The notes beneath the pieces are model-generated. The model did not search any database. It was not told the DNA's origin and was given only the letters and a program-made list of their open reading frames with translations. From an uncultured Christensenellales bacterium (GTDB taxonomy: Bacteria; Bacillota; Clostridia; Christensenellales; Aristaeellaceae), in assembly GCA_965646445.1 (NCBI GenBank), contig CBFFZW010000005.1, positions 1 to 64,000 of the forward strand: DNA of 64,000 nt. Direction: 5' to 3'. Below are positions 9,765-19,987 of the stretch, one piece after another (position 1 is the first letter of the stretch; every line of letters begins with the position of its first letter). Both the position numbers and the translations under genes were made by a program.

Positions 9765-10050
9765 ATCAAGGGGGGACTTCGTCCCTTCAGGGTGTCAAAA
9801 AAGTGGCATACGCCACTTTTTTGAGTGATGCACTCGCTCACTGGTCGAACGACGTTGCCGTTCTCCCGGTCGTTCGTTCGTGTAAGGAGGCTTTTTCTGA
9901 CGAAAAAGCACGAAAATCGCCGCACAGGGGCTTCGCCCCGTTTAACCGCCCCGAAGGGGCTCGCCGATTTTCGATCACAGAGGGCCAGCGGGCCCTCCGA
10001 CACCTCCCCAGGCTTTTTTGACAGGCTGAGGGGACTTCATCCCTTTTTTT
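9765..10050. ncRNA. densely structured non-coding element (candidate small RNA or miniature insertion), bounded by 14-bp direct repeats GGGGACTTC(G/A)TCCC
   Basis: Hairpins at 9797-9820 (AAAAAGTGGC/GCCACTTTTT with T-run), 9845-9879, 9892-9907, a 12-bp outer stem 9911-9922/9969-9980 enclosing two mutually complementary GGGGC/GCCCC hairpins, 9982-10000, and terminator-like 10029-10050; no credible ORF. Confidence 0.35.
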
Positions 10051-10121
10051 CTCGATGTGGGGGTGCGACATCAGCGTTCGTGTTTTGGGTCAGCTTTTCC
10101 GACAGCATGGCGGCGGATGCC

Positions 10122-10149
10122 TTGCACTCTCCGGGGAATATGGTATAAT
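10122..10149 (+). promoter_or_regulatory. candidate promoter TTGCAC-16-TGgTATAAT for MBL/DUF1934 operon
   Basis: Extended -10 TGGTATAAT at 10141-10149, -35 like TTGCAC 10122-10127. Confidence 0.45.
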
Positions 10150-10181
10150 CAAGAAGAAGAACGAGCGGGGAGCGATGCGCG

Positions 10182-11090
10182 ATGTACGAGCTGATTCAGG
10201 TGGGAGAGCGGAGCTACTATATCAACTGTCCGGCCAAGATCGGTGTGTACCGGGCGGACGAGGAGCATGTCTATCTGATTGACAGCGGCGGGGACAAGGA
10301 CGCGGGCAAGAAGGCGCGGCAGGTGCTGGAGCGCAGCGGCTGGACGCTGCGGGGCATTCTCAACACCCACTCCCACGCGGATCATATCGGCGGCAACGCC
10401 TATTTGCAGAAGCAGACGGGCTGCCGGGTTTTCGCCGGGGGCATGGAGGCGGCCTTCACCCGCTACCCTGTGCTGGAGCCCTCCGTGCTGTATGGCGGCT
10501 GTCCGCCGACATCGCTGCGGCATAAGTTCCTGATGGCCCAGGAAAGCGAGGTCACGGACTTCTCCGACCCGGCCTTTCCCGGTGAGGTCGAGATCATTCC
10601 CCTGCCGGGGCATTCGCTGGATATGGTGGGCTTCCGCACGCCGGACGGCACGGTTTTCCTGGCGGACAGCCTGACCAGCCCTCAGACGCTGAGCAAGTAC
10701 GCGGCGTCCTTCCTGTGGGACGTTGGGGCGCAGCTGGAAACGCTGGACCTCATCGACAGCATGGAAGCGCCCATGTTCGTGCCCTCCCACGCGGAGCCGG
10801 GGCCGGACATGCACGGGCTGACGGCGGTTAATCGGGCGCATATCCTGGCCCTGTGCGACCGGGTGGAGGCGCTGTGCGGACAGGCTGCTCCCTTCGAGGA
10901 GTTGCTGAAGCGCTTCTTCCAGCAGGAGGGGCTGACGATGACGGTGGAGCAGCACGCCCTGGTGGGCAGCACCCTGCGTTCCCACCTGTCTTACCTGACG
11001 GCGCGGGGCCGTGTCGAAAGCAGAATTGAGGACAACACCCTTGTGTGGCAAAGAACGGCCAAAGGCGCGCCTTTGCAGGGAGAAGAATGA
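10182..11090 (+). CDS. MBL-fold metallo-hydrolase
   Basis: HSHADH metal-binding motif; 302 aa. Confidence 0.8.
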   Translation: MYELIQVGERSYYINCPAKIGVYRADEEHVYLIDSGGDKDAGKKARQVLERSGWTLRGILNTHSHADHIGGNAYLQKQTGCRVFAGGMEAAFTRYPVLEPSVLYGGCPPTSLRHKFLMAQESEVTDFSDPAFPGEVEIIPLPGHSLDMVGFRTPDGTVFLADSLTSPQTLSKYAASFLWDVGAQLETLDLIDSMEAPMFVPSHAEPGPDMHGLTAVNRAHILALCDRVEALCGQAAPFEELLKRFFQQEGLTMTVEQHALVGSTLRSHLSYLTARGRVESRIEDNTLVWQRTAKGAPLQGEE

Positions 11091-11560
11091 TGATGAAGGA
11101 CAGAACAATGCCCGTGCTGCTGACCCTGTGCGGCTCCTCCGGCGACGGCTCGGGGGAGATGGACGAGAACATTCGGGTCATCACCACCGGCCAGCTCAAG
11201 CAGACGCCCTCGGGCTACATGCTGCGCTATCAGGAGACACAGACCGATGAGGGCGACGGCTCCGTGATGACCCAGGACATCATCCTGAGCATGCAGCCGG
11301 GGCGGGTGACCATGACCCGCCTGGGGGAATACGGCACCTCCATGGTTTTTGTGAAGGATCGCCGGTTTGAGGGCAAGTACCATACGCCCTACGGCGACCT
11401 GGATATGGCGCTGTTTGCCACCCAGGTGCAGTGCGACCTGACCCCGGAGCGGGGCAGCGTCAACCTGAAATATCAGCTGGATCTGCAGGGCAGCTTTGCC
11501 GCCATGCACGCCCTGAAGCTGGAATATGTGGCCGGCGAGTCGGCGCCCAAGCCGTGCTGA
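11087..11560 (+). CDS. DUF1934 (YwiB-like beta-barrel) protein
   Basis: ~157 aa, sequence pattern consistent with DUF1934; ATGA overlap with upstream gene. Confidence 0.5.
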   Translation: MMMKDRTMPVLLTLCGSSGDGSGEMDENIRVITTGQLKQTPSGYMLRYQETQTDEGDGSVMTQDIILSMQPGRVTMTRLGEYGTSMVFVKDRRFEGKYHTPYGDLDMALFATQVQCDLTPERGSVNLKYQLDLQGSFAAMHALKLEYVAGESAPKPC

Positions 11561-12048
11561 CCCCGCTGCGCCGGGAGCTGCTGGCGCTGCTGGCGAAGGC
11601 CGACGCCTGCCGTCCGCCCGCCCTGCGCCGTTCCTCGCACCCCGAGGCGCTGCTGGCCACGGATCTTCCGCTGCTGGCGACGGCGGAGGCTGCTGCGGCG
11701 TTCATTCGCGCGGCGGAAGCGCGGGGATGGCGGGTCTGGAAGGAAGGCGAATGGCTGCTGCTGGATCATCCGGTGGAGGCGCCGGATGCCGCGCCACGCC
11801 GATTGACCGGGGAAGCGGCCTGTTGCCTGTCCCTGCTGCTGCGCCATCCGGGGGGAGGCGCGCCCGCGGCGTCCATCCGGGCGCTGGCGAAGGCGGCGGA
11901 GGCGGGCGACAGGCAGGTTCAGCGCCTTTGCGAGGCCTGGCACAGGGATTTCGCGGCCTGTCTGCGCCGTCGGGAACCGCTGCCGTCAGGACTGATACCC
12001 TACTTGTACGCCGCGTTTGACCGGACTTCAGGGGAGGCAATGGAATGA
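11554..12048 (+). CDS. hypothetical Ala/Arg-rich protein
   Basis: In-frame GTG at 11554 overlapping upstream stop (GTGCTGA); 3' end overlaps next gene start (ATGA); no recognisable domain. Confidence 0.3.
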   Translation: MLTPLRRELLALLAKADACRPPALRRSSHPEALLATDLPLLATAEAAAAFIRAAEARGWRVWKEGEWLLLDHPVEAPDAAPRRLTGEAACCLSLLLRHPGGGAPAASIRALAKAAEAGDRQVQRLCEAWHRDFAACLRRREPLPSGLIPYLYAAFDRTSGEAME

Positions 12049-12701
12049 TTATCACTTGCATTGGTCACGCCGAATTTCTGCTGGAGCTGCAAAACGGCAT
12101 GCGGCTTGTCACAGACCCCTACGACGCTGACTGCGGCTACCCCGTGACGGTCACGGAGGCGGACGCGGTGCTGGTTTCCCACGGCCACCATGACCACAGC
12201 GCGGTGGAGAATGTCCGTGGGTATACGCGGCTGATCGACCGGGAGGGGCGGCATACCCTGGCCCCGGATGTGTCGGTGACGGCCCTTGCCGCCTGGCATG
12301 ATGAGGAGAGGGGCGCCAAGCGCGGCGGCACCCTGACGTTCCTGGTGGAGGCGGAGGGGCTGCGGGTGGTTCACCTGGGCGACCTGGGGCATCTGCCCAC
12401 GCCAGAGATGGTCGCGCGGCTGGCGCCGGTTGACGTGCTGATGCTCCCGGTGGGAGGCTGCTTCACCATCGACGCGGAGACCGCCCGGAAGACGGCGGAA
12501 CTTCTGCGGGCCCGGGTGATCCTGCCCATGCACTACCGTACCAGCGCCAACGCCGACTGGCCCATCGCCCCGGTGGAGGACTTCACGGCGCTGTATCCGG
12601 AATCGGAAACGGCGAACCTGCTGCGGGTGACGAAAGAGGATCTTTCCTGCCAGCCCAGGGTGGCGGTGCTTCGGCCGCGAAGCCTTGCCGGAAAAAGGTA
12701 A
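12045..12701 (+). CDS. MBL-fold metallo-hydrolase (UlaG-like small family)
   Basis: HGHHDH motif, 218 aa. Confidence 0.75.
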   Translation: MIITCIGHAEFLLELQNGMRLVTDPYDADCGYPVTVTEADAVLVSHGHHDHSAVENVRGYTRLIDREGRHTLAPDVSVTALAAWHDEERGAKRGGTLTFLVEAEGLRVVHLGDLGHLPTPEMVARLAPVDVLMLPVGGCFTIDAETARKTAELLRARVILPMHYRTSANADWPIAPVEDFTALYPESETANLLRVTKEDLSCQPRVAVLRPRSLAGKR

Positions 12702-12803
12702 AAAAGGGCGGATTCTGTACTTGAAGCCATTGACGCGGCGGCGAATCGTCCGTTATAATGAAGCATAGGTATCAGGTACAATCGTTTTTCATTCTATACG
12801 ACC

Positions 12804-14234
12804 ATGGACAAGGAGGCGCGGAACGTGAATCAACCCATTCTTGGCGGCGTAACGCCGATGACCCTGCTCATCATCGTAGGCGTCATTCTTTTGCTGGTGC
12901 TCTTCTTTCCCAGGTATCATAAGGTTCCGCCGAACCAGGCGCTGATTATCTCCGGCAAGCTCCGCAGGCGGTACAAGGTCAAGGATGCCGACGGCAACAT
13001 TGTTGTGAAGAAATTCGGCTACCGCATTGTACGCGGCGGCGCGACCTTTGTCATCCCCTTCTTTGAGCGCATCGACCATCTGAACCTGGGCCTGATGCAG
13101 GTGGACATCAAGACCACGCAGCCCGTGCCCTCTCAGGAGTATATTTCCGTCATGGTGGACGGCGTGGCCAACATCAAGATCGGCTCGGACGATCTGTCCA
13201 TCGCCACGGCGGCGGAGCAGTTCCTGAACTGGAAGCCGGAGGACATTGCCTCCATCGCCCAGCAGGTGCTGGAAGGCAACATGCGCGAGATCATCGGACG
13301 GATGACCATTGCCGACCTGGTGCAGAACCGTGACAAATTCGCGGCGGAAACCAGCCGTGCTGCCACGGACGACATGAGCAACATGGGTCTGGAAATCATC
13401 AACTTGACCGTGCAGAACTTCTCTGACCAGGATGGCGTGGTGGAAACCATGGCCACCAAGAACATTGTGGAGAAGGAACGCGACGCCACCATCGCCAAGG
13501 CGGAGGCCCAGCAGCAGGGACACAAGGCCAAGATGGAGTCCGACGCGCTGATTGCCGAGCAGGAGAAGGATCTGGCGCTGAAGCAGGCGGCCTTCAAGGT
13601 GGATGCTGACCGGGAGAAGGCCAAGGCGGACATTGCCTATACCATCGAGGAGCAGCGCGAGCGCAAGAATTTCGAGGCCGAGCGGGCCGCGGCAGAGCTC
13701 CTTCGCCTTCAGAAGCAGACCGAGCTGGAGCGGCAGCAGGTCGAGATTCAGCGCGAAAAGCTGAACGTTGACATCCGCGAAAAAGCGGAGGCCGAGCGCG
13801 ACAAGCGTATTTTTGAGGCGGAGGCCGAAAAGGCTGAGCGACAGGCCAAGGCGGACGCGGAGCTGTATGAGGCGGAGAAGCTGGCCGCGGCCATCCGGCT
13901 CAAGGGCGAGGCCGAGGCCATCGCCATCGAGCGGAAGGCAGACGCCATGCAGCGTTACGGCCAGGCGGCTATGCTGGAAATGCTCATCAACCAGTTGCCC
14001 GACATCGCCCGGGCCATTGGCGAGCCCCTGGCGCAGACCGAGAAGATCATCCTTTTTGGCGAGGGCGCGACCACAGGCCTGACCCGGGACATGACAGGCT
14101 CCATGATGCAGGTGTTCGAGGCCATGAAGGCCGCCACCGGCATGGACATTCCCGAAATGCTCAAGACCGTCTCCAAGGGCGGCCTGGTGGGCAAGCAGAT
14201 TGAAGAAGCGGTGAACCAGGAAGCGGCGGAATAA
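12804..14234 (+). CDS. floT: flotillin / SPFH (band 7) family protein FloT-like
   Basis: N-terminal TM, SPFH domain, long EA-rich coiled coil, C-terminal flotillin domain. Confidence 0.85.
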   Translation: MDKEARNVNQPILGGVTPMTLLIIVGVILLLVLFFPRYHKVPPNQALIISGKLRRRYKVKDADGNIVVKKFGYRIVRGGATFVIPFFERIDHLNLGLMQVDIKTTQPVPSQEYISVMVDGVANIKIGSDDLSIATAAEQFLNWKPEDIASIAQQVLEGNMREIIGRMTIADLVQNRDKFAAETSRAATDDMSNMGLEIINLTVQNFSDQDGVVETMATKNIVEKERDATIAKAEAQQQGHKAKMESDALIAEQEKDLALKQAAFKVDADREKAKADIAYTIEEQRERKNFEAERAAAELLRLQKQTELERQQVEIQREKLNVDIREKAEAERDKRIFEAEAEKAERQAKADAELYEAEKLAAAIRLKGEAEAIAIERKADAMQRYGQAAMLEMLINQLPDIARAIGEPLAQTEKIILFGEGATTGLTRDMTGSMMQVFEAMKAATGMDIPEMLKTVSKGGLVGKQIEEAVNQEAAE

Positions 14235-14274
14235 GCGCGGCAGACAGGGCTGCTTTGCAGAAACATCATACGAA

Positions 14275-14316
14275 AAAGGCGGAGCGTCTCCGAATAGGGG
14301 ACGCTCCGCTTTTTTG
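14275..14316. terminator. bidirectional rho-independent terminator
   Basis: GCGGAGCGTC...GACGCTCCGC stem followed by TTTTTT; preceded by AAAAA on other strand; lies between convergent genes. Confidence 0.7.
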
Positions 14317-14322
14317 ATGACC

Positions 14323-15264
14323 TCATAGCACAACATGGATGGGCTTCCCGTCCAGCCAGGCCTTCAGCGAGGCGAAGACGATCTCGGCCCGGAGAACCAT
14401 GGACTCCTGGGTGGCGAAGGCCACATGGGGCGTGACGAGGCAATTTTTCGCCGTCAGAAGGGGATGACTCGCCGGGATGGGCGGCTCCATCTCAAACACA
14501 TCCACGGCGGCGCCGGCGATGCGGCCCTCGTTCAGCGCCCGGGCCAGCGCGGCGGAGTCCACCACCGGGCCCCGTGACATGTTGACGAGCAGCGCGTGCC
14601 GGGGCATCAGAGACAGCGCGTCCGCGTCGATCAGGCCGCGGGTGCTCTCTGTCAGCGGACAGTGCAGGGTCACGATGTCGCTTTGGGTCAGCAACGCTTC
14701 CAGGGAGACGTTTTCCACGCCTTCCAGCATCCGGGGAAAAGGATCATAGGCCAGCACCCGCGCGCCGAAAGCCCGCAGCAGCTGGATGACCCGCTGACCG
14801 ATGGCGCCGCTGCCAATGACGCCCACGGCGCGGCTGCCCAGCTCACACCCGACCAGACCATCCTTCACGCCTTGTTGCCGGGTGCGCCGATCCAGCGGGT
14901 GGGTGTGGCGAAGCAGCGACAGCATTTGCCCGATGACCAGCTCCGCCACCGCCTGATTGGAATAGCCTGAGACGTTGCTGACCCGGATGCCCTTTTCCGC
15001 CGCGGCTTTGAGATCCACATGATCCGTGCCGGTGAAGGCGATGTCGATGAATTGCAGGTGCGGGCAGGCCCGGATGACCTCGCCGGGCAGAGGCATGTTG
15101 GCCAGCATCAGGACGTCGGCGTCCCGTGCTTCGCGAATGAGCGTGGGAAGGTCATCGGTACGGGGATAGGCGGTGAAGCTGTGCCCGGCGGAAATCAGCG
15201 GGGCGGTCAGCTCGGCCAGCTTGGATTCGGAGATGGACAGAGATTCCAACAGAACGATTTTCAT
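14323..15264 (-). CDS. D-isomer specific 2-hydroxyacid dehydrogenase (NAD-binding)
   Basis: GxGxxG Rossmann motif (VGVIGSGAIG), catalytic-domain conservation. Confidence 0.85.
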   Translation of the reverse strand: MKIVLLESLSISESKLAELTAPLISAGHSFTAYPRTDDLPTLIREARDADVLMLANMPLPGEVIRACPHLQFIDIAFTGTDHVDLKAAAEKGIRVSNVSGYSNQAVAELVIGQMLSLLRHTHPLDRRTRQQGVKDGLVGCELGSRAVGVIGSGAIGQRVIQLLRAFGARVLAYDPFPRMLEGVENVSLEALLTQSDIVTLHCPLTESTRGLIDADALSLMPRHALLVNMSRGPVVDSAALARALNEGRIAGAAVDVFEMEPPIPASHPLLTAKNCLVTPHVAFATQESMVLRAEIVFASLKAWLDGKPIHVVL

Positions 15265-15288
15265 GCTTGTCGCTCCTTTCAGCACACG

Positions 15289-17320
15289 TCAGGGCAGGGG
15301 CATGTAGGCGTGGATGGTCTGCGCGAGGGCATCCGCGCCCTTGCGGACAAAGACGGGAATCACCGACCAGGGCGCCTGACACCGAACGGTCTGGCCGCCG
15401 GAGCATTCCCGCAGCGTGGATGCCTCGATCCAGCCGCAGCCCTGGGGCAGAAGCACCTCCCGCTTGGTCACGCCGGGGGCGACGATCGGCGCCACCAGCA
15501 CATCCGGGCCGAACATGTAGGCGTCGTTCACCGTCCAGAGCCGTTCCTCCTGGGGAAAGTCGTAGAACAGCGGACGCATGACAGGCCGGCCAAGCTCGTG
15601 AGCCTGAGCCATCAGGCCGCGGATGTAGGGCCTCAGCGCCTCTCTCAGGCGGATCAGCTGACTGCACAGGGCTTCGATTTCGGGCGTGAAGCACCAGATC
15701 TCATTGGGCGAGCCGCTGGAGCACATGCCGCCCCGCTTTTCTGCCAGGGGCTCCAGGCGCGGGGGGGCGGACGCCGTGCAGGCGGAACACCGGCGAGAAG
15801 GCGCCGAAGGCGAACCACCGGGCGAAAAGCTCCAGGAAGGCCGGATCCTGAACGTCCGCGCCGTAGAACCCGCCGATGTCGTGGGTCCACCAGGGAATGC
15901 CGACGAGGCTCATCTGCATCCCGATGACCACCTGCTCCCGGAGGGCCCGGAAGGAGGAGTGGACATCCCCCGACCAGATCAGCGCGCCGTATTTCTGGGA
16001 TCCGGCCCAGCCGCACCGCACCAGGCTCAGCACCTGGTCTTCCCCCTGGGCCCGCAGACCGTCGTAGAAGGTTCTGGCAAATTCGACGGGGTAGCTGTTG
16101 CTGATCTGCATGGCGTGGCCCTTGTAATAGCGGTAGGTGTCGAAATCGTAGGTGTTGTATTCCGGCTCGGCCTCGTCCAGCCAGAAGCAGTCCACGCCCT
16201 TGTCATAGTAATTCTTTTTAGCGGTATCCCAGAGAAAGCGCCGGGCCTCGGGATTCGTCAGGTCGATGAACTGCGTATCGCCCCGGGTGCTGTGGGTGAT
16301 GTTGGGCCCGCGCTCGGAACGCACCAGAAGCCCCTTTTCCTCGATGGCGGGGTAGTTCACGCTATCCTTTTCCACCGTGGGCCAGATGGAAACCATCAGC
16401 TTCGTGCCCATGTCGTGGAGCTCGCGGCACATCCCCGCGGGATCGGGCCAGTAATCGTGGTCGAAATCCCAGTCGCCGTGATGGGGCCAGTGGAAGAAGT
16501 CGATGACGATGGCGGACAGGGGCAGGCCGCGCTTTGAGAATTCACGGGCCGTTTGGAGGACTTCCTCCTGGGTCTGGTAGCGCAGCTTGCTCTGCCAGAA
16601 GCCCATGGCGTAGTCCGGCATCATGGGCGCTCTGCCGGTCACGGCGGTATAGCGCTGCAGGATGTCATCCGGCGTGTCCCCGGCGACGATCCAGTAGTCC
16701 AGCATTTTGGTGGAATGGGCCAGCCAGATGGTCTGATTGGTGGAGAAGTGTACCTCGCCCACGGCGGGGTTGTTCCACAGCATGCCGTAGCCCAGGCTGG
16801 ACAGCACAAAGGGAATGGAGGCCTGGGCGTTGCGGTGCGCCAGCTCCAGGCTGCTGCCCTTGAGGTCGAAGGTATCCTGCTGATACTGCCCCATGCCGTA
16901 AAGGCGCTCGTTTTTCTCCGGCTCAAAGCGGACGGTCAGGCGGAAGTCGCCGTTGATGTTTCCCTTGAATTCCCGGCCTGTCAGCTGCAGGGGATTGGTG
17001 TATTCGGACAGCTTCTTCACCCGCTTTTGCAGAACCTCCCGGAACAGAAGCCTGTCCCTGCTGTAGAAGGAAAGCCGGCCAAATTCGTCCACGTCGATGC
17101 GCAGATCGCCGTTGCTGATGCTGGCGGTGTTGTCCCGGATGTCGATTTCGGGCTGCAATGGCGCGGGCGTTTCACTCAGCGCCCAGGCATCGGCCGACGG
17201 CTCCTCCATGATCCAGGCCTGCACGCGCAGGGCGTTGGGCCCCCAGGGTGTGATGCGCAGGGTTTCGCCGTCAAACGTGCGAAGAAGGCAGTGATCTTTG
17301 CGTTGCAGCATGGCAGACAT
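15289..17320 (-). pseudogene. glycoside hydrolase family 31 (alpha-xylosidase/alpha-glucosidase-like), frameshifted at G7 tract 15761-15767
   Basis: ORFs 15701-17320 and 15289-15726 together align along full length with intact paralog at 57560-59539 (WxDxxE, GFWQSKLRY, WLDEAEPE motifs). Confidence 0.8.
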
Positions 17321-17476
17321 CTCCTTTGTTTGTGGGGCTTTTCCCCCAACTGTCTGCCTTTATTATACGGATGAATACTGCGGATGTAAGGTTGAAAATA
17401 AATCAACATTTCAACAAACCAGACAAAACAGAAAAGAAAGTATGGAACAAGGTGAAATGTTGACATATTTTCCACC

Positions 17477-17526
17477 TGACCAAGCTGGGGTGGGCAAGCT
17501 ATAATAAAGCCAGTTCAACGCGTTGA
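17477..17526 (+). promoter_or_regulatory. candidate promoter TGACCA-17-TATAAT followed by perfect 12-bp palindrome TCAACGCGTTGA (putative operator)
   Basis: -35 17477-17482, -10 17500-17505, palindrome 17515-17526 between -10 and RBS AGGAGG of sugar-binding protein gene. Confidence 0.4.
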
Positions 17527-17564
17527 GTGCTACGGTTACAGTTCGACTACAAGGAGGTAAAATC

Positions 17565-18912
17565 ATGAAGAAAATCGTTTGCCTGCTTCTGTCCCTGGCG
17601 CTGCTGCTGGGCGGGATGTCCCTGGCCTCGGCGGATGAAAAGAAGATTGATACCATCACCGTCTGGTCCAACGACGCCCACAACAAGGCGCAGTACGAAG
17701 CCCTGATCGCCGACTTCAACGAGACCGTCGGCAAGGAAAAGGGGATCGTCATCGAATATACGGTCTACGGCGGCGACTATTACAGCTCCCTGGATGTGGC
17801 GCTGCAGTCCGGCGAGGCGCCCCACATCTTCAAGTGCAACAAAATCGGCCAGTACGCGGCTTCCGGCCATATTCTGGCTTTGGACGATCTGCCCACCGGC
17901 GCGGAGCTGGTGGCCCGGTACGCCCCCCTATAATGCTGAGAATTACGGCGAGTTCGGCGGCCTGACCTATTCCGTGCCCTTCCGCGTGGTCACCTTCGGC
18001 CTGGCCTACAATGTGGACATGTTCAAGGAGATGGGCCTGACCCCGCCCGTCACCTGGGCGGACATGCGGGATGTGGCCAACAAGATCACCGATCAGGGCG
18101 GCGGACGCATCTATGGCTACGCCTTCCCCGGCGCCTATACCAGCTATCGCTATCAGTATGTGATTCATCCCTCCGCCGCCTCCAACGGCGTGGAATTTTT
18201 CGACCACAAGACCGGCCGCTTTGCCTTCCAGTCCCTGGAGCCCTTCTTCCGGCATCTGCTGGGCTTTGTGGAGGACGGCGCCATGTTCCCCGGGTATCTG
18301 ACCATGGACGACGATACCAAGCGCGCGCATTTCTCCGCGGGCAACGTGGGCATGATCTGCATCGGCTCCTCCGACGTGGGCGTGTTCCGGGATCAGTTCC
18401 CCTGCGATTTTGAGTGGGCCGTGGTGCCCTATCCCGTGGAAAATGCCGACGCCCGCTACAAGTATCCCGTCAGCCCTTCCATGTTCTATGTGGTGAACAG
18501 CCGGGCCAGGGACGAAGGCCTGGAGGCAAAGGTCATGGAGGTCTACAACCTGTTCCTGTCGGACGCGGCCCTGGTATCCACCTACGAAAATGAGAAGGAT
18601 AACCCCGTGCTGGGCGACGCCATCACGTCCCAGTCCACCCGGGAGGACGTTTCCCCCCAGTGGGCGACCTTCTGCGACATGAGCAAGTACTGCGTGCGCT
18701 ATCCCTACCCGGAGAGCGACGTCATGGTGGAAGGCGACGCCTACAACAGCGTGTTCGACCAGATCCTGGCCCGGACGGTGGATGTCCATGAGGCCCTGGC
18801 GGAACTGGACGAGCGGTATAACGCCGCGCTGGACGCCGCCATTGCCGGCGGTCTGAAGATCGAGGACTACATCGACGCGGACTATGACGCCCGCATGGCC
18901 TGGGAGAAGTAA
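17565..18912 (+). pseudogene. ABC transporter extracellular solute-binding protein (family 1), frameshifted at C6 tract 17923-17928
   Basis: Signal peptide MKKIVCLLLSLALLLGG, SBP_bac_1-like sequence continuing in second frame from 17794. Confidence 0.75.
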
Positions 18913-19017
18913 TATCATTCGCCGCGTCTCTGCCGCTTGTCCGACAGGGCAGAGGCGCGGCTTTCCTCCAGGACAGCCGCTGACGGCAAGGAACAGGTAC
19001 AGAAGGTGGTGTGCTCC

Positions 19018-19968
19018 GTGAGCAATTTGGATCCCGTAAAACGACTTCTTCTGGGACGGCTGCAAAGGAATGGCGGAGATCGGCTCCAGGAGGTGCTGAT
19101 GCTGCTGCCCATGGCCGTCGGCTTCTGCCTTTTTGTGGTATATCCGATTCTCTGGGTGCTGCGCTGGTGCCTGTTTACCTACGACGGCTATTCCACCCCT
19201 GCCTTTGTGGGGCTGGATAACTTCGCCCGGGCCTTTCTGCGCGACCGTTCCTTCTGGCGGGCGATGAAGAACACCTTTGTCATTGCCGGACTCAAGATGC
19301 TGGTGGAGATTCCGCTGGCCATCCTGCTGGCGGTGCTGGTGAACAACAAGGTGCGCGGCAGCGCCTTTTTCCGGGTGGTCTTCTTCCTGCCCTCCGTCTT
19401 TAGCATCGCCATCGTCGGGCTGATTTTTTCCAACATGTTCAGCTCCTACAACGGCATTGTCAACGCTGCGCTGATGAACGCGGGGCTGATCCGGCGGAAC
19501 ATCGACTGGCTGTCCAACCGGAATACCGCGTTCTTCGTGATTATTCTGGTGAGCCTGTGGACGACCTTCGGCATGAACATGATCTATTTCCTGATGGGGC
19601 TTCAAAACATTCCCAGGGCGCTGTACGAGTGCTCGGCCATCGACGGGGCCAACGGCGTCCAGCAATTCTTCCACATCACCGTGCCCATGGTCGCGCCCGT
19701 GCTTCAGCTGGTGATTATGCTCAGCGTGCTGGGTACCATGAAAATGACCGACCTCATCCTGGTACTGACCAACGGCCAGCCGGGCGGACAGACGGAGGTC
19801 GTCATGACGTACATTTTCAAGTTCTTCTTCCAGTATGGCGACGGCACAGCGCTGAAAAGCCAGTACGGCTACGCCTCCGCCCTGGCGGTCATCACCGCGG
19901 TGGTGCTGGGCGTGGTCACGGCGGTCTACCTGAAGCTGTCGGAAAAAATGAAGGAAATCGAGCAATAG
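19018..19968 (+). CDS. carbohydrate ABC transporter permease (MalF/UgpA-like)
   Basis: 6 TM, EAA-like loop (ECSAIDGANGVQQFFHITVP); start approximate. Confidence 0.8.
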   Translation: MSNLDPVKRLLLGRLQRNGGDRLQEVLMLLPMAVGFCLFVVYPILWVLRWCLFTYDGYSTPAFVGLDNFARAFLRDRSFWRAMKNTFVIAGLKMLVEIPLAILLAVLVNNKVRGSAFFRVVFFLPSVFSIAIVGLIFSNMFSSYNGIVNAALMNAGLIRRNIDWLSNRNTAFFVIILVSLWTTFGMNMIYFLMGLQNIPRALYECSAIDGANGVQQFFHITVPMVAPVLQLVIMLSVLGTMKMTDLILVLTNGQPGGQTEVVMTYIFKFFFQYGDGTALKSQYGYASALAVITAVVLGVVTAVYLKLSEKMKEIEQ

Positions 19969-19987
19969 GGAAGGGAGGCGGGCGCTT

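Noticed and set aside
9710-10003. N-terminal 98-codon extension of the ispE ORF
   Set aside because: Extension contains the ispE RBS and promoter and runs through the structured non-coding element; IspE length is correct from the 9709 start
9825-10148. 107-aa plus-strand ORF inside structured intergenic region
   Set aside because: No RBS or start context, Arg/Ser-rich; region better explained as structured RNA/DNA element
11431-11553. Upstream extension of hypothetical gene to ATG 11431
   Set aside because: Would overlap the DUF1934 gene by 130 nt; in-frame GTG at 11554 gives canonical stop/start overlap
12789-14336. 515-aa minus-strand ORF
   Set aside because: Antisense shadow of flotillin gene
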